Origin: Octopus sinensis
Taxonomy: Eukaryota
NCBI RefSeq assembly: GCF_006345805.1
Contig: NC_043017.1
Coordinates: 6,076,001-6,140,000 of the forward strand
Direction of reading: 5' to 3'
Length of the DNA stretch: 64,000 bases
How positions within the stretch are numbered: the stretch's first letter is position 1; the number at the start of each line of letters is the position of its first letter. The notes beneath the pieces are model-generated. The model was not told where the DNA came from and did not search any database. It saw nothing but the letters and a program-made list of their open reading frames with translations. Positions 51,988 through 64,000 of the stretch are shown here, piece after piece. Made by a program: the position numbers and the translations under genes.

Positions 51988-52499
51988 CTGAAATTGTAAG
52001 AATTTGGTGCATGAAGACTGCAAAAATTGTGCCTATAATTATTGGTATATTGGGAACTGTAAGTAAAGATGGACAAAGGGTTACTGAAAAGTTCCCAGCT
52101 TTGGGTAAAAGAAGTACAGGAGGGTCAATTAATTATGATTTTATTGAGCATATTCCCCTCTCAGATTTATACATTTATTGTCACGGTCCTTCAGTTTTCC
52201 AAGGCCCTGTAAAAGAACTCAGAAGGTTGGGCCCCCAACGAAGCCTTTTGCGATACCCTTAATGCCAGGAACTTTTCAGCACCCTTTCATAGACAAATGG
52301 TTGAAGGAGATTGGAATAGAATGTCCTGTAGAACATCTGCAGAAATTTTGTCTCTTAGGGACAGCAAGGATTATCAAGAGGGTTTTAAGCACTTGAAGGG
52401 CTATTGAAAGCTTGTGAACAGCAAAAGATACAGGTAGTAACCCCGCTACCCACATAAATTTTACCAGGAATAAGAACAAACCTGAATCAAATTACCATC

Positions 52500-52500
<1 letters not shown>
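51988..52500 (+). mobile_element. R4/Dong-like LINE 3' end interrupted by a mariner MITE
   Basis: EIVRIWCMKTAKIVPIIIGILGTVSKD, insertion, then DKWLKEIGIECPVEHLQKFCLLGTARIIKRVLST*; 3' UTR ends in (TAA)n. Confidence 0.8.
52074..52289 (-). mobile_element. Mariner-derived MITE (same family as 29792-30008)
   Basis: Reverse-complement match along its whole length; TIRs contain CTGAAAAGTTCC. Confidence 0.85.
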
Positions 52501-52533
<33 letters not shown>

Positions 52534-52534
52534 G

Positions 52535-53005
52535 TAATTGTTTCTTTATTGGCCACAAGGGCCAAACACGAAACAAATAAGGACAATGCAAAACTGGGGA
52601 CGTGTGGGGTTTGACAGAAAATCAAGTAAACAGTAAAATAACAATGACTTAATAAAACAATTGAACAATAAAATTCCCCAAAAAGTGGGGATTGAATTTC
52701 CTCATGGGGACAACCAAGGAACCTCACACATTCTGGTTATCGCAACTGCCAGATGCATCTTACCAGATGCCTCTCTCCTTCTCAACTCCTCTGGGTTTAC
52801 AAACGAAAGGTTAGAGTAGACCCATTCACACAGGCCATCCTCCCCACATGCACCCACCTTTCAACAAATTTACTGGGGTGGGGGGCAGAAATTCCCTCTC
52901 CACTCTCACTTACCTTTTCAAGTGGAACTTGAAAAAGCCGATGAGGACTTGGTCGAAGAGGAAAGCATGTTTTCTCTGTTCTTTCAGCCTCGTCCACCGT
53001 GCTGC
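52535..53005 (-). mobile_element. L1/Tx1-like LINE 3' end with (ATT)n tail
   Basis: ARWTRLKEQRKHAFLFDQVLIGFFKFHLKR...SKFVERWVHVGRMACVNGSTLTFRL*; 3' end GCCCTTGTGGCCAATAAAGAAAC(ATT)n. Confidence 0.6.
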
Positions 53006-53510
53006 CTCCATCACCATAGCCACCATGATGATGATTGTGATGATGATGATTATGATTGTGATGATGATGATGATGATGATTACGATTGTGATAATGATGA
53101 TGATGATGATGATGATGGTGATCGTGGTGATGATGATTGTGATGATGATGATGATGATTGTGATGATGATTGTGATGATGATGATGGTGATGCTTCTGAT
53201 GATAATCATGATGATGATGATTATGATTGTGATGCAAATGATATTTGGAAAAGAAATAAGCACTGAAGATTAAAACAGTAGCAAAGACAACAACAACAAC
53301 ATCAACACCAACAACAGCATAATTGAATTTCAATTAAAAGACGGACTTTCAAACTGGCAGCCAGAGTATTACTGTGACACGTTGTATGTCTGTGTGTATG
53401 TGTGTGTGTGTGTGTATATATGTATATGTGTATATATGTCAATGTGTGTGTAGGTATGTGTGTGTGTGTGTGCATGTGGATATTCATTTTTTTCTGTTTG
53501 TTCAAGTGTA

Positions 53511-53546
<36 letters not shown>

Positions 53547-53649
53547 TGTAGATACATGTGTGTTTCCATGCCAACATGTATGCGTGTGTGTAAATACATG
53601 TAGGTATGTCTATTGGGCAGGAATGCATATTTCTTTCTCTCCATATTTT

Positions 53650-54348
53650 GCACACACACACACACACACATTTACACACAAGCACACATACACAAACACA
53701 CACACTTACACACACTCACAAACACACACACACATTTACACACAAGCACACACACACACACAAACACACACACACATTTACACACACACTTACAAGCACA
53801 CATACACAAACACACACTTACACACACTCACAAACACACACACACATTTACACACACTTACACACAAGCACACACATACACAAACACACACACTTACACA
53901 CACTCACAAACACACACCCACATTTACACACACACTTACACACATGTACACATACACAAACACACACACTTACACACACAAACATTTACACACACACTTA
54001 CACACAAGCACACATACACAAACACACACACTTACATACACACACACAAACACACACACACATAAACACACATACACGCACATATAATGAGTGAGAGAAA
54101 GAAAGACATTTAAACCATCGCACACACCCACACACAAACACACACACCCACACACAAACACACACACACACACACTCTCTCTCTCTCATATACATATATA
54201 ATGAATGAGAGAAAAAAGACATTTATACAAACTCACACATGCACAGGCATGCATACACACACACACACATAATGAGAGAGAGGAAAAAGCTATTTAAACA
54301 AATGCACACACACATACACACACACACACACTCACATACACATACACC

Positions 54349-54380
<32 letters not shown>
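53650..54380. repeat. (CA)n-based degenerate tandem array
   Basis: Direct reading; recurring CACTTACAC/CATTTACAC/CAAGCAC units. Confidence 0.95.
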
Positions 54381-54383
<3 letters not shown>

Positions 54384-54599
54384 AAGTGTATTCTTGAAGA
54401 GCTGTGATTTAATCAATTAAAGTGAATAAATATCAGGCCATCCCCCCACCCCTCGCCTCCACCCCTTCATCAAACACCGTCCACCCCGTTCCTCCCCCCC
54501 TGTCCCACCCCATTCGCCAGATGATGGATCTACTTTAATTCAATTGATTTGTTTCAATAAAAGTTTCCTGTTTTGGACAACTGGGAGTTTCCTGGCATT

Positions 54600-55420
54600 T
54601 GTCATCACTGTCGTCGTCATCATCAGCGTCATCACCATCATTTTCGTCATCATCATCATCACTATCGTTATCATCATCATCACCATGACTTTTGTCATCA
54701 TCATCATCATCACCACCACCACTTTCATCATCATCGTCATCATCAACATCATCGTCATCATCATTTTTGTTATCATCATCATTGACATCATCACCATCAT
54801 TATTGTCAAAGTCATCATCATTATCATCGTCATTAACATTATCATTGTCATCATTTTTGTCATCATCATCACCATCATCATCATTGTCATTCACATCACC
54901 ACCACTACTTTTGTCATCTCATCATCCTCATTGTCATTGCCATTGTCATCGCTTTCACCAATTCCTGACATCATCACCAGCATCATCACTCTTGTCTTCA
55001 TCTTTATTATCGTTATCATCATCATCATCATCATCATTGTTATTGACATCATCAACACCTTCATCATCTCTAACATCATCAATACCATTGGTATCATTGT
55101 CACCATTATTATTGTCGTCATCATCATCAGCAATATCACCAGCATCATCCTCATCACCATCATCATCATCATCATCTTCATCATCGTCATCATCGTCATA
55201 ATCATCATCAATATCATCATCATCAGCAATATCACCAGCATCATCCTCATCATCATCATCTTCATCATCATAATCATCATCAATATCGTCATCATTTGCC
55301 TACATAAACATCAGCATCTCCTACTCCAATCTGTCTCCTCTTCCTTCACCCTTCGCATTGTCAATGTGATCATCAACATAATTCTCATCATCATTATCAT
55401 CATCATCATCATCACTGTTG
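54600..55420. repeat. Degenerate (CAT)n microsatellite
   Basis: Direct reading. Confidence 0.95.
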
Positions 55421-55925
55421 CCACCATTTACATAATTAATGATCCACCAATTAAACAACCAAGAACAGACGACATCCATAATGACAGACAAAACTGTGTA
55501 TGATTGTTGTTGTTGTTGTTGTCCTCGTTTTTTAACCCCAGGTCAGCCCTGAACCAGCTGATCTTTAATCAAGTTGTGTGATCTTTCTATAGGTCCTGAA
55601 AGAACTTAATACGATCTTTCAGTTTTTTTTTAAGGCAGCTGGACATGATTAGAGGGAAGGCATGGCTGCTATTTCAAGCAGGGAAGATAACCATTTTGAA
55701 GGCCATTTATTGACTGATTGTGTGTATGTGTGTGTGTGTGTGTATGTGCATTTGTGTGCATGTGTGTGCATGTATACACATATATAAAGAGAGTATATGT
55801 GTATATATTGTATGATGAGCCTATGAAATTATGGAGTTGAATCAAACTGTTATTAGATAATTAAATATATTTATGATCATCATTCTTGTAATGTCCATTC
55901 TCCGAAGCTTGCATCGGTCAGACCT

Positions 55926-55975
<50 letters not shown>

Positions 55976-55989
55976 ATATATTATACGCG

Positions 55990-56023
<34 letters not shown>

Positions 56024-56080
56024 CATATGTATATACATTTATATAGATATATATGTATATATACATATATGTATATATAC

Positions 56081-56113
<33 letters not shown>

Positions 56114-56724
56114 TGTATATACATATATATATGTATACATACATATATATATATATATATGTATATACATATATATATGTATATACATATATATATGTAT
56201 ATACATATATATATGTATATACATATATATGTATATATATGTCACAGGATCTATCAGGCTGTTATACTCTGCTGGTCAAAATTTGTTCTGTGTGTGTGTG
56301 TATTAATTTTGCAAGGAAAACATTCACAATACCACAAAAAAACAAACAAAAGCAACTGGCACTCCGTCAGTTATAATGACGAGTGCTCCAGTTTGATCCA
56401 ATCAACTGAACAATCTGCTCATGAAATTAACATGAAAAGTGGCTGAGTACTCCACAGACACACGTACCCCTGACGTCATTCTCAGGAAGATTCAACATGA
56501 CACAGAATGCAACAAGGCCAGCCCCTTTGTATTACTGGTACTATTCACTTTTACCAGTTGAGTGGACTGGAACAACGTGAAATAAAGTATTTTGCTGAAG
56601 GAATCAACATGCCACCGGGAATTGAACTGACGACCTTACAATCATAAACCGAATGCCTTAACCACTTAACCACACACCTTCAGCTAAACAGACACTTTGA
56701 AGTCACTGCCAACTTTTCCTTTTC

Positions 56725-57140
56725 CCGTCCCATTATCAACAGCCAATTTATATTTTTATTTCTTTTTCTTATCACATTCGTAAAACAGGTGTAATAATTG
56801 ATCAGGAAACTTTCAGAATAGCTATCAAAACGCCATGGTGTGGGAAAAGGGCAAGAATTTTTTGCCAAAACCATTTAATTATATATCTTTTGCTCCCCGA
56901 TTCTGTGGCCCTGTTTCTGGTAAATTCTGATAAATACCAGTCCTTTCTTCCATGAAATAGCGATAGCTTTTCTGAAAGTCCACCGATCAACAATTACATT
57001 CATCTCGCAAGTGTAATAGTTTATTGACCTGGCTTTAGTAAATAAACGAAATTGGCTGTCGATAATAGGAAAATATCTAAAAATATATTTGATTCTCCAC
57101 ATAAAATTATTGAATGATCCTTCGATTTATTGTCTGACTA
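56725..57140. repeat. Old inverted-arm element
   Basis: ATTATCAACAGCCAATTT pairs with AAATTGGCTGTCGATAAT, and ACTTTCAGAATAGCTATC with GATAGCTTTTCTGAAAGT; ends at (TA)n. Confidence 0.5.
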
Positions 57141-57295
57141 TTTCTATATATATATCTATGCAGGAAAACATAAATACACCCACTCACACTTATATACTTG
57201 TATTATATATATATATTTATGCCAGCAAGAAAAATGTACATGAAACGATGATGGTATAAATATATATGATGATGATGATGATATATATATATATA

Positions 57296-58543
57296 TAGCG
57301 TCATCCCACAAATAATGCGGTTTTTTATACTACTTTTATTTTTCGAAATTAAGATAAACAAAGTTCTTTTTTTAATCTAAAATATACTCTCTTTCATTTT
57401 CTACAATGCTCTTCAATCTATCTTCAATCTATCTGGCCCCCTCTTCCAAAATTCACTTGTCTATTATGAAAAATACTCCTCCGGTACTGTTCTGACCTCG
57501 TCTACAGAACTCGTATTTTTTCTGTCGAAATGATTTTGAAGACTGCGGAATAAATGATAATCAGATGGAGCAATGTCTGGCCAATATGGTGGGTGGGGCA
57601 TCATTTGCGATTCAAACTGCTCCAGCCTTTGGAATATCATCTTCGATGTATTTGGCCGAGCATTATCCTGATGGAAGAACACCTTTCGTCTTGTAACCAA
57701 AGATAGTCATTTTCCTTCTAGTGCTGACTTAGGCCACTCAAGCTGCTCACAGTAGATTTCCTTTGTCATCGTTTGGTTTGGGTTTAAAAGTTGACCAAAC
57801 CTTTCACATCTCACCAAACAGATAACAGCACCTTACGTGGGTAAAGACCTTCTTTTTCCTGGAGTGCCAGTGTTTCTCCTTTCGCTACCCACTGTCTTGA
57901 CATTTTTATAGCGAACCCATTTCTCATCACCAATCATTATTCGGTCCAAAAAGGGTTCATTGATGAGACATGACAGCAAAGAAGAGCACACATTCACTCT
58001 CTGCATGCGATTAGACTCGGAAAGTTTGTGAGGAACCCATTGACCCAGTTTGCTGACTTTTCCAATGGCATGCAGGTGTCGATGAATGGTTGAATGACCA
58101 AATCCAAGCTTCTTTGCTAGTCCCTCAACATTTATGATGGGATTTTGCTCCACCAGGGTTTGCAGGATGTCCTCAAGCTCTACAGAGCTTCCAGGCTGTA
58201 GTTTCTAACTCAGAATTTCCTGATCTACCATTGACACTGTCTTACACTTGTCTGATCCCCGTATACTGCATTAATATTCCTCACACTTTCTGTTGTGTTG
58301 TTGCCTTTATTTGAACTCATAAAGCAAAATATCCTGAATATGCTCCTTTGTCACTTCCATTATAGTTTTGAAAAATAATTGTTAAAATCGAACTGCACTC
58401 TTTAAAAATTGCACTAAGAATAAGTACAAGGTAAAATTATTACCTTCTTTTATAGCCAGTTGATGCAGGTAGTTTATTCCATTCCCCTCTGATCTTTAGT
58501 TCATGCAATTGAAGAAAAACGCATTATTTATGGGATGACCCAA
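57296..58543 (-). mobile_element. Full-length mariner DNA transposon (DD34D), defective
   Basis: TIRs TAGCGTCATCCCACAAATAATGCG and CGCATTATTTATGGGATGACCCAA; TA flanks; about 1.25 kb. Confidence 0.92.
57372..58360 (-). pseudogene. Mariner transposase pseudogene
   Basis: Starts MEVTKEHIQDILLYEF. Motifs WVPHKL, IGDEKWVRY, HQDNARP and HPPYWPDIAPSDYHLF, with 34 residues between the second and third Asp. Multiple frameshifts and stops. Confidence 0.92.
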
Positions 58544-58780
58544 TATATATCCAATTTTTTTTTTTACTTGTTTCAGTCAATTGACTGCAGCCATGCTGGA
58601 GCAACATTTTAGTCAAGCTAATCAACCCCAGGACTTATTCTTTGTAAGCCTGGTACTTATTCTATCAGATGTTGTTTGTTGAACCACTGAGTTACAGGGG
58701 ACATAAACAGACCAACATCAGTTGTGAATAGATGGTGGGAGGACAAACACAGACACACAAACACATACATATATATATAT

Positions 58781-59430
58781 CATCATCATCATCATTTAGC
58801 GTCCGTTTTCCATGCTAGCATGGGTTGGACGGTTCTACTGGGGTCTGTGAAGCCAGAAGGCTTCATCAGGCCCAGTCTGATCTGGCAATGTTTCTACGGC
58901 TGGATGCCCTTCCTAACGCCAACCACTCCGTGAGTGTAGTGGGTGCTTTTTACGTGCCACCCGCACTGGTGCCAGACAGAGCTGGCAAACGGCCACGAAC
59001 GGATGGTGCTTTTTATGTGCCACCGGCACGAGGGCCAGGTGAGGCTGGCAACGGACACGAAACGGGGCGGTGCTGGCAACGGTCGCGAAACGGAAATTCT
59101 CTTACATGCCACCGGCACTGGTAACACATCTGCAATTTCCATTGATCGATTTCCATTGATCGATTTCGATTCTGATCCTCACTGCCTCAATGGGTCTTCA
59201 CAAGCAGAGTTTCGACATGCCACCTGGCACTGGTAGCACATCCGCAATTTCCATTGATCGATTTCGATTCTGATCCTCACTTGCCTCAACACGTCTTCAC
59301 AAGTAGAGTTTTGTGTCCCAAGAAGGGAAGGTATGCATACGTAGGCTGGCTCCATCCCATGTAGAAGGCCACGGGTTGTGGACTCACTTGTCCTGCCAGG
59401 GTCTTCTCGCGCACAGCACACTTCCAGAGG
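58781..59430 (-). mobile_element. RTE-type LINE 3' end (last codons, long 3' UTR, (GAT)n tail) nested in a family A SINE
   Basis: Minus strand LWKCAVREKT..., a UTR with repeated GTGCCGGTGGCA(C/T)GTAA units, tail GGAAAACGGACGCTAAAT(GAT)n. SINE halves at about 58560-58770 and 59538-59695. Confidence 0.75.
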
Positions 59431-59442
59431 TGTATATATATA

Positions 59443-59517
<75 letters not shown>

Positions 59518-59874
59518 ATACACATGTGTATATATGACAGGCGTCTTTCAGTTTCCATCTACCAAATCCACTCACAAGGTTTTGGTCTGCCGAGGCTTTA
59601 GTAGAAGATACTTGCCCAAGGTGCCACACAGTGAGACTGAACCCGGAGGCATGTGGTTGGGAAGCAAGCTTCTTACCACACAGCCATACCTGCACATATG
59701 CAGTTGAGTGGAGGCATACCTGACTGTGGTTAAGAAGTTCATTCTGAAAGTATGTGCTTCCAGAATTGGTCCCATTTCACCGTCTTCTGAGTGCCTGATG
59801 CTATAAGCCTTGCATTAACCTATATCTTGTGTGTGAATACATCAGAGGAAAGCTGACATTAAACCTGCCATATA

Positions 59875-59998
59875 CATCCATACATACATGTGTGTGTGTA
59901 TATATGTATATAAGAGATAAATATAGATGTATATATACATATATACATGTACATTATATATATATATATGTATGTATGTCTATATTTATGAATGTATG

Positions 59999-60036
<38 letters not shown>

Positions 60037-60192
60037 TGTATGTATATATATGTATATATATATATATATATGTGTATATATATATGTATGTATGTGTGTA
60101 TATATATATATGTATGTATATATATGTGTATATATATATATATATGTATGTATATATATGTGTATATATATATATATATATATGTATGTATA

Positions 60193-60223
<31 letters not shown>

Positions 60224-60515
60224 GTATGTATATATATGTATATATATATATATATATGTACGTATACATATATATGTATGTATATATATATGTATATGTA
60301 CGTATACATATATATGTATGTATATGAATATGCATACATAACACACACACACATATATATACACATATGTATATGCATGCACTGTGCGATGTGAGAATGT
60401 TTGTATGCATACACACACACGTTACAGAATAATGTATACACATGTACACACATGCATATTTACACATGATTGTATATATATGGGTGGGTGTGCGTGTATG
60501 TGTGTGAGTGTGCGT

Positions 60516-60553
<38 letters not shown>

Positions 60554-60640
60554 GTGTGTATGTGTGAGTATATACAGTGAGGGTGAGAGAGTGTTGCATG
60601 TATATATGTATGTAAATATATATGTGTGTGTGTGTGTGTA
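59875..60640. repeat. (TA)n/(TATG)n microsatellite block
   Basis: Direct reading. Confidence 0.95.
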
Positions 60641-60809
60641 TTGAGCAAAGGAGAGGGTGAATGGGAAGGGGGTGTGGTGTTAGCTTGACCATTCAGCCAT
60701 GGTGACCACTCAACCTTTTCTTCTAAGTCAATGCTTCACACCTTAGATCTCTGAATGTACTGCATGGACTGTGGAGATGATGTTGTGATGCTAATGCAGT
60801 GATGAGGAC

Positions 60810-61650
60810 AGCGGTGATGGTGGTGGTGGTGGTAGTGGTGGTGGTTACAAATGTGGTGATGGTTGTGATGATGATGATGATGATGATTGTCGTGGTGATA
60901 ATGATGTTGGGGTCATGGCAGTGATGATGGTGGTTGTGAAGGTGGTGGTGTTGATAGTTAAGATGATGATTGTGTGGTGGTGGTGGTGGTGGTGGTGATG
61001 ATAGGGGTGGTTATTGCGTTGGTGAGGAAGAAGTAGCAAGGGTTGGAATGGCACTGGTTATGATAGTGATTAAGATGATGATGATGATGATGATGGCAGT
61101 GGTGTCAGTGGTTGGTGTCGGCACTTGTGATGGTGTTGGTGGTGTTGGATGTGGAGGTGGTGTTGGTGGCGTTAGTAGCAATATATGTGATGCTGGTGTG
61201 GTGGTGGTGGTGTTGTTGGTGGTTGTGGTGAGGATGCTCATGGTGGTGGTGGTTGTGGTGGTCGTTATGATGAAGGTGGTGGTGTTGATGGTAGTGTTGG
61301 TGGTGGTGGTGGCGATATTGGTAGTTGTAGTGTCGGTGATGATGATGGTGGTGTTGATTAGTGGTAGTGCTGCTGCTGCTGATGATGATGGTGGTGGTGA
61401 TGATGATGGTGGTGGTGGTGGTGCTGATGGTGGTAGTGCTGCTGATGATGATGGTGGTGGTGGTGTTGATGGTGGTAGTGCTGATGAGGATGATGGTGGT
61501 GGTGATGATGATGGTGGTGGTGGTGGTGGTGGTGGTGGTAATGCTAGTGGCAATGACGGTACTGGCATCGGTGGCAGCGATGGCGGTAGCGTTAGCATTG
61601 GTGGTTGTGATGGTGATGATGATGCGGTGACACTGCTTGTTGTGATGGTG
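60810..61650. repeat. Degenerate (GGT)n/(GAT)n microsatellite
   Basis: Direct reading. Confidence 0.95.
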
Positions 61651-62224
61651 GTGGAAGCGAGGAGATGGAGGGTGCCTCGGCCGATAGCACTAGTGCCATT
61701 TGTGGTAGGTTAATTGTGGGGCTGACCCACCCAGCGGGTGATCTCTGCCTATATTCCATTGGTAAACTGCTCAAAGCTGCAGGAATCAATGAAAGGCTTT
61801 CTCTTATGTGATTGGTTTCAGCTGACTTCACTGTAGAATGTCCAACGGAGAATTCTGGAATGTGGTGGTGGGGGGGGGTCGGAGGTCAGGGAGGAGGCGG
61901 ATGAGAGAGGGGGATGTTGATTGTGTGAGTATCTGTATATGTGTGTGTTAGTGAGAGCATGCATTATGTGTGTGTGTGTGTGCATGTACATATGTAGGTA
62001 AATATACATATGTATATATATGTATGTGGATATATATGTCTCTATGTATGTGTGTATACATTTATATACGTGTGTGCCTGTGTGTATATATATATTTGTA
62101 TGTATGTATGTATGTATGTGTGTGTCTGTATATATATGGCTGTATATAGACATACACATATACACACACACATACAAATGTATGTATATACACATATATA
62201 CACACATACATATGTATAAATACG

Positions 62225-62300
<76 letters not shown>

Positions 62301-62917
62301 TATACCCACATATATGTATGTGTATTTAATGTGTGTGTGTGTGTGCGTGAATGTATATACATACTCATTCAGAGAGAATAAGAGGAGATATACAGATTGA
62401 TAGATGAATAGATTGATAGATAGACAGAGAGATAATGTGTGTGTGTGTGTGTGTGTGTACATGTGGAGAGAGAGAAAGAGAGAGAAAGAATAAGGGATAA
62501 ATTGCCATGTGACCTTTATTGCAGTTCTCTGCATTCTGAGCTCAAACACCACCAAGGCCTGCTGTGCCTTTCATTCCTTCAAAGCCAATAACATGACTAT
62601 CCTCGACTGATAGATTGGTCACGTATCTATCGGTATTGCCCTTTGCTGTGCCTCCTGGCTATTTGTGTTTTTAAATCAATGAGTGCAATGACAAAGGTAT
62701 TGAGGTGTAATAAGCATGCCTTCCTCTTGGATAGCACAGGTGATATGGAGACCAGAGACTTGCCTGCATAAGTAACGGCTGGTCTTCCATAAGGCGTGAA
62801 CTTAAAACTGCAATATAGACTTAGCAAAGAATTTTCCAGATGAAATACAGAGATCCTTGTTATACATAATTTTGATACGTACATCCATATTCCACAAAAA
62901 TACAGATATATGTGCGT

Positions 62918-62980
<63 letters not shown>

Positions 62981-62981
62981 A

Positions 62982-63240
62982 CGGGAAGCTTTATGAAAAT
63001 AGACAAAAGACGAAGGCAGGTTTACAGAAATAAACAAAAGACGAAGGCAGGTGGAATACAAACAAACAATTGTATTAGTATGGCGCTCAGGAAATATAAA
63101 TAAAACAAGTCTTTAACGTTTCGAGCCTACGCTCTTCAACAGAAAGATACACAGAGAAAATACACAGAAAGAAGGAGAGAAAAAAATATGCGTGCAGAGG
63201 CTAGCAAATCAACATGGCGATCTGATTTCGGCCAGAAGTC
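62982..63240 (-). mobile_element. Penelope-like terminal fragment, CUGUUGA family
   Basis: Minus strand CTTT-CTGTTGA-AGAGC-GTAG-GCTC-GAAA-CG-TT-AAAG at 63111-63146; ends CTTCCCGT(TA)n. Confidence 0.7.
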
Positions 63241-63706
63241 AAAGATCAAACATGAGATGCAAGAGCGAAATTAGGGGAGATAATAGGGTTGAATGACCTC
63301 GCTCCAACATAAGAGTGTGTGTGTCTGTATGAGAAGAGTGTGTGTGTGTGTATGGGAGAGTATTAGTGCGTATGAGAGGTCTGGACGTGTGTATGTATAT
63401 ATGATGTGATGTGTAAAGTCGTATGGTGTAGTGTAGAGAGAGGAGATGAGGGAAGAGGGGGGAGAGGGGAGGGGGAGAAAGAAAGGGGAGAAGAGGAGGG
63501 GGGATATACATATATATACAGGTAAACTGATTCTTAATTTAAATCCTGTGTATATGTGCATCTGTGTTGCATCAAAACATGTGTAGTGTTTATTAAATAG
63601 CTGCCAAAATGTACACCTTCTTGTTAACTCTATTTTATTCAATTATAGGTATGTATGTATATATGTATGTATGAGTATATATATACATATACATACATAT
63701 ATACAT

Positions 63707-63745
<39 letters not shown>

Positions 63746-64000
63746 CATATATATATATAAAGTCACAAACGGAGGAAAATATATCCTTCAGAGGGGTGTG
63801 TTAAACATCCACTTCACTGGTACTTCAGTTGGATGCCATATAAATATTGGTATAATTCAATAAAGCGTATAAGTCAAAATAATTTGTTGGCTTTCTATGG
63901 TTTTATAATTATTTATATAATATTATATTACGTTATATATTATATTCATAGTATTTAATGTAATATTGTAATATAAATAAATTATCGGATTGTCAATAGA

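Noticed and set aside
54544-55503. 319-aa Ile-rich ORF, the longest in the track
   Set aside because: It is a read-through of a degenerate (CAT)n microsatellite, with several frames open on both strands and no domain content.
58940-59310. CRISPR-like repeat-spacer pattern (also 14421-14740)
   Set aside because: Eukaryotic context, degenerate repeats, spacers irregular in length and related to one another, no cas genes; explained by a LINE 3' UTR and a minisatellite.
60970-61713. Gly/Asp/Val-rich and Pro/Thr-rich ORFs resembling structural or mucin-like proteins
   Set aside because: They are produced by (GGT)n/(GAT)n repeats; the same pattern occurs at 34550-35130 and 52797-53333.

Overview
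AT-rich, repeat-saturated eukaryotic non-coding DNA, most likely an octopus (coleoid cephalopod) intron or gene desert; the organism call is an inference from the tRNA-headed SINE families. No intact host protein-coding gene is supported, and nearly all listed ORFs are read-throughs of microsatellites. The window holds dozens of SINEs from three families, 3' ends of R4/Dong-, RTE- and L1/Tx1-like LINEs, one full-length decayed DD34D mariner, mariner and piggyBac-type MITEs, and large (TA)n/(CA)n/(CAT)n/(GGT)n/(GA)n blocks. Short unique islands between these look like cis-regulatory elements. The main unexplained structure is a set of short non-coding elements, mostly in or beside (TA)n tracts. 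Many are built as a partial inverted copy followed by a fuller copy. Together they carry about 15 type I hammerhead-ribozyme motifs with a short palindromic stem III, as described for Penelope-like retroelements. Several motifs look catalytically intact (41461-41546 minus, 32465-32539 plus, and both arms of a ~300-bp inverted repeat at 7475-8111). Others carry family-wide non-canonical cores (CUGU[A/U]GA, CCGACGA, AGUGAACA). All structures and alignments were read by eye; none was computed or searched.
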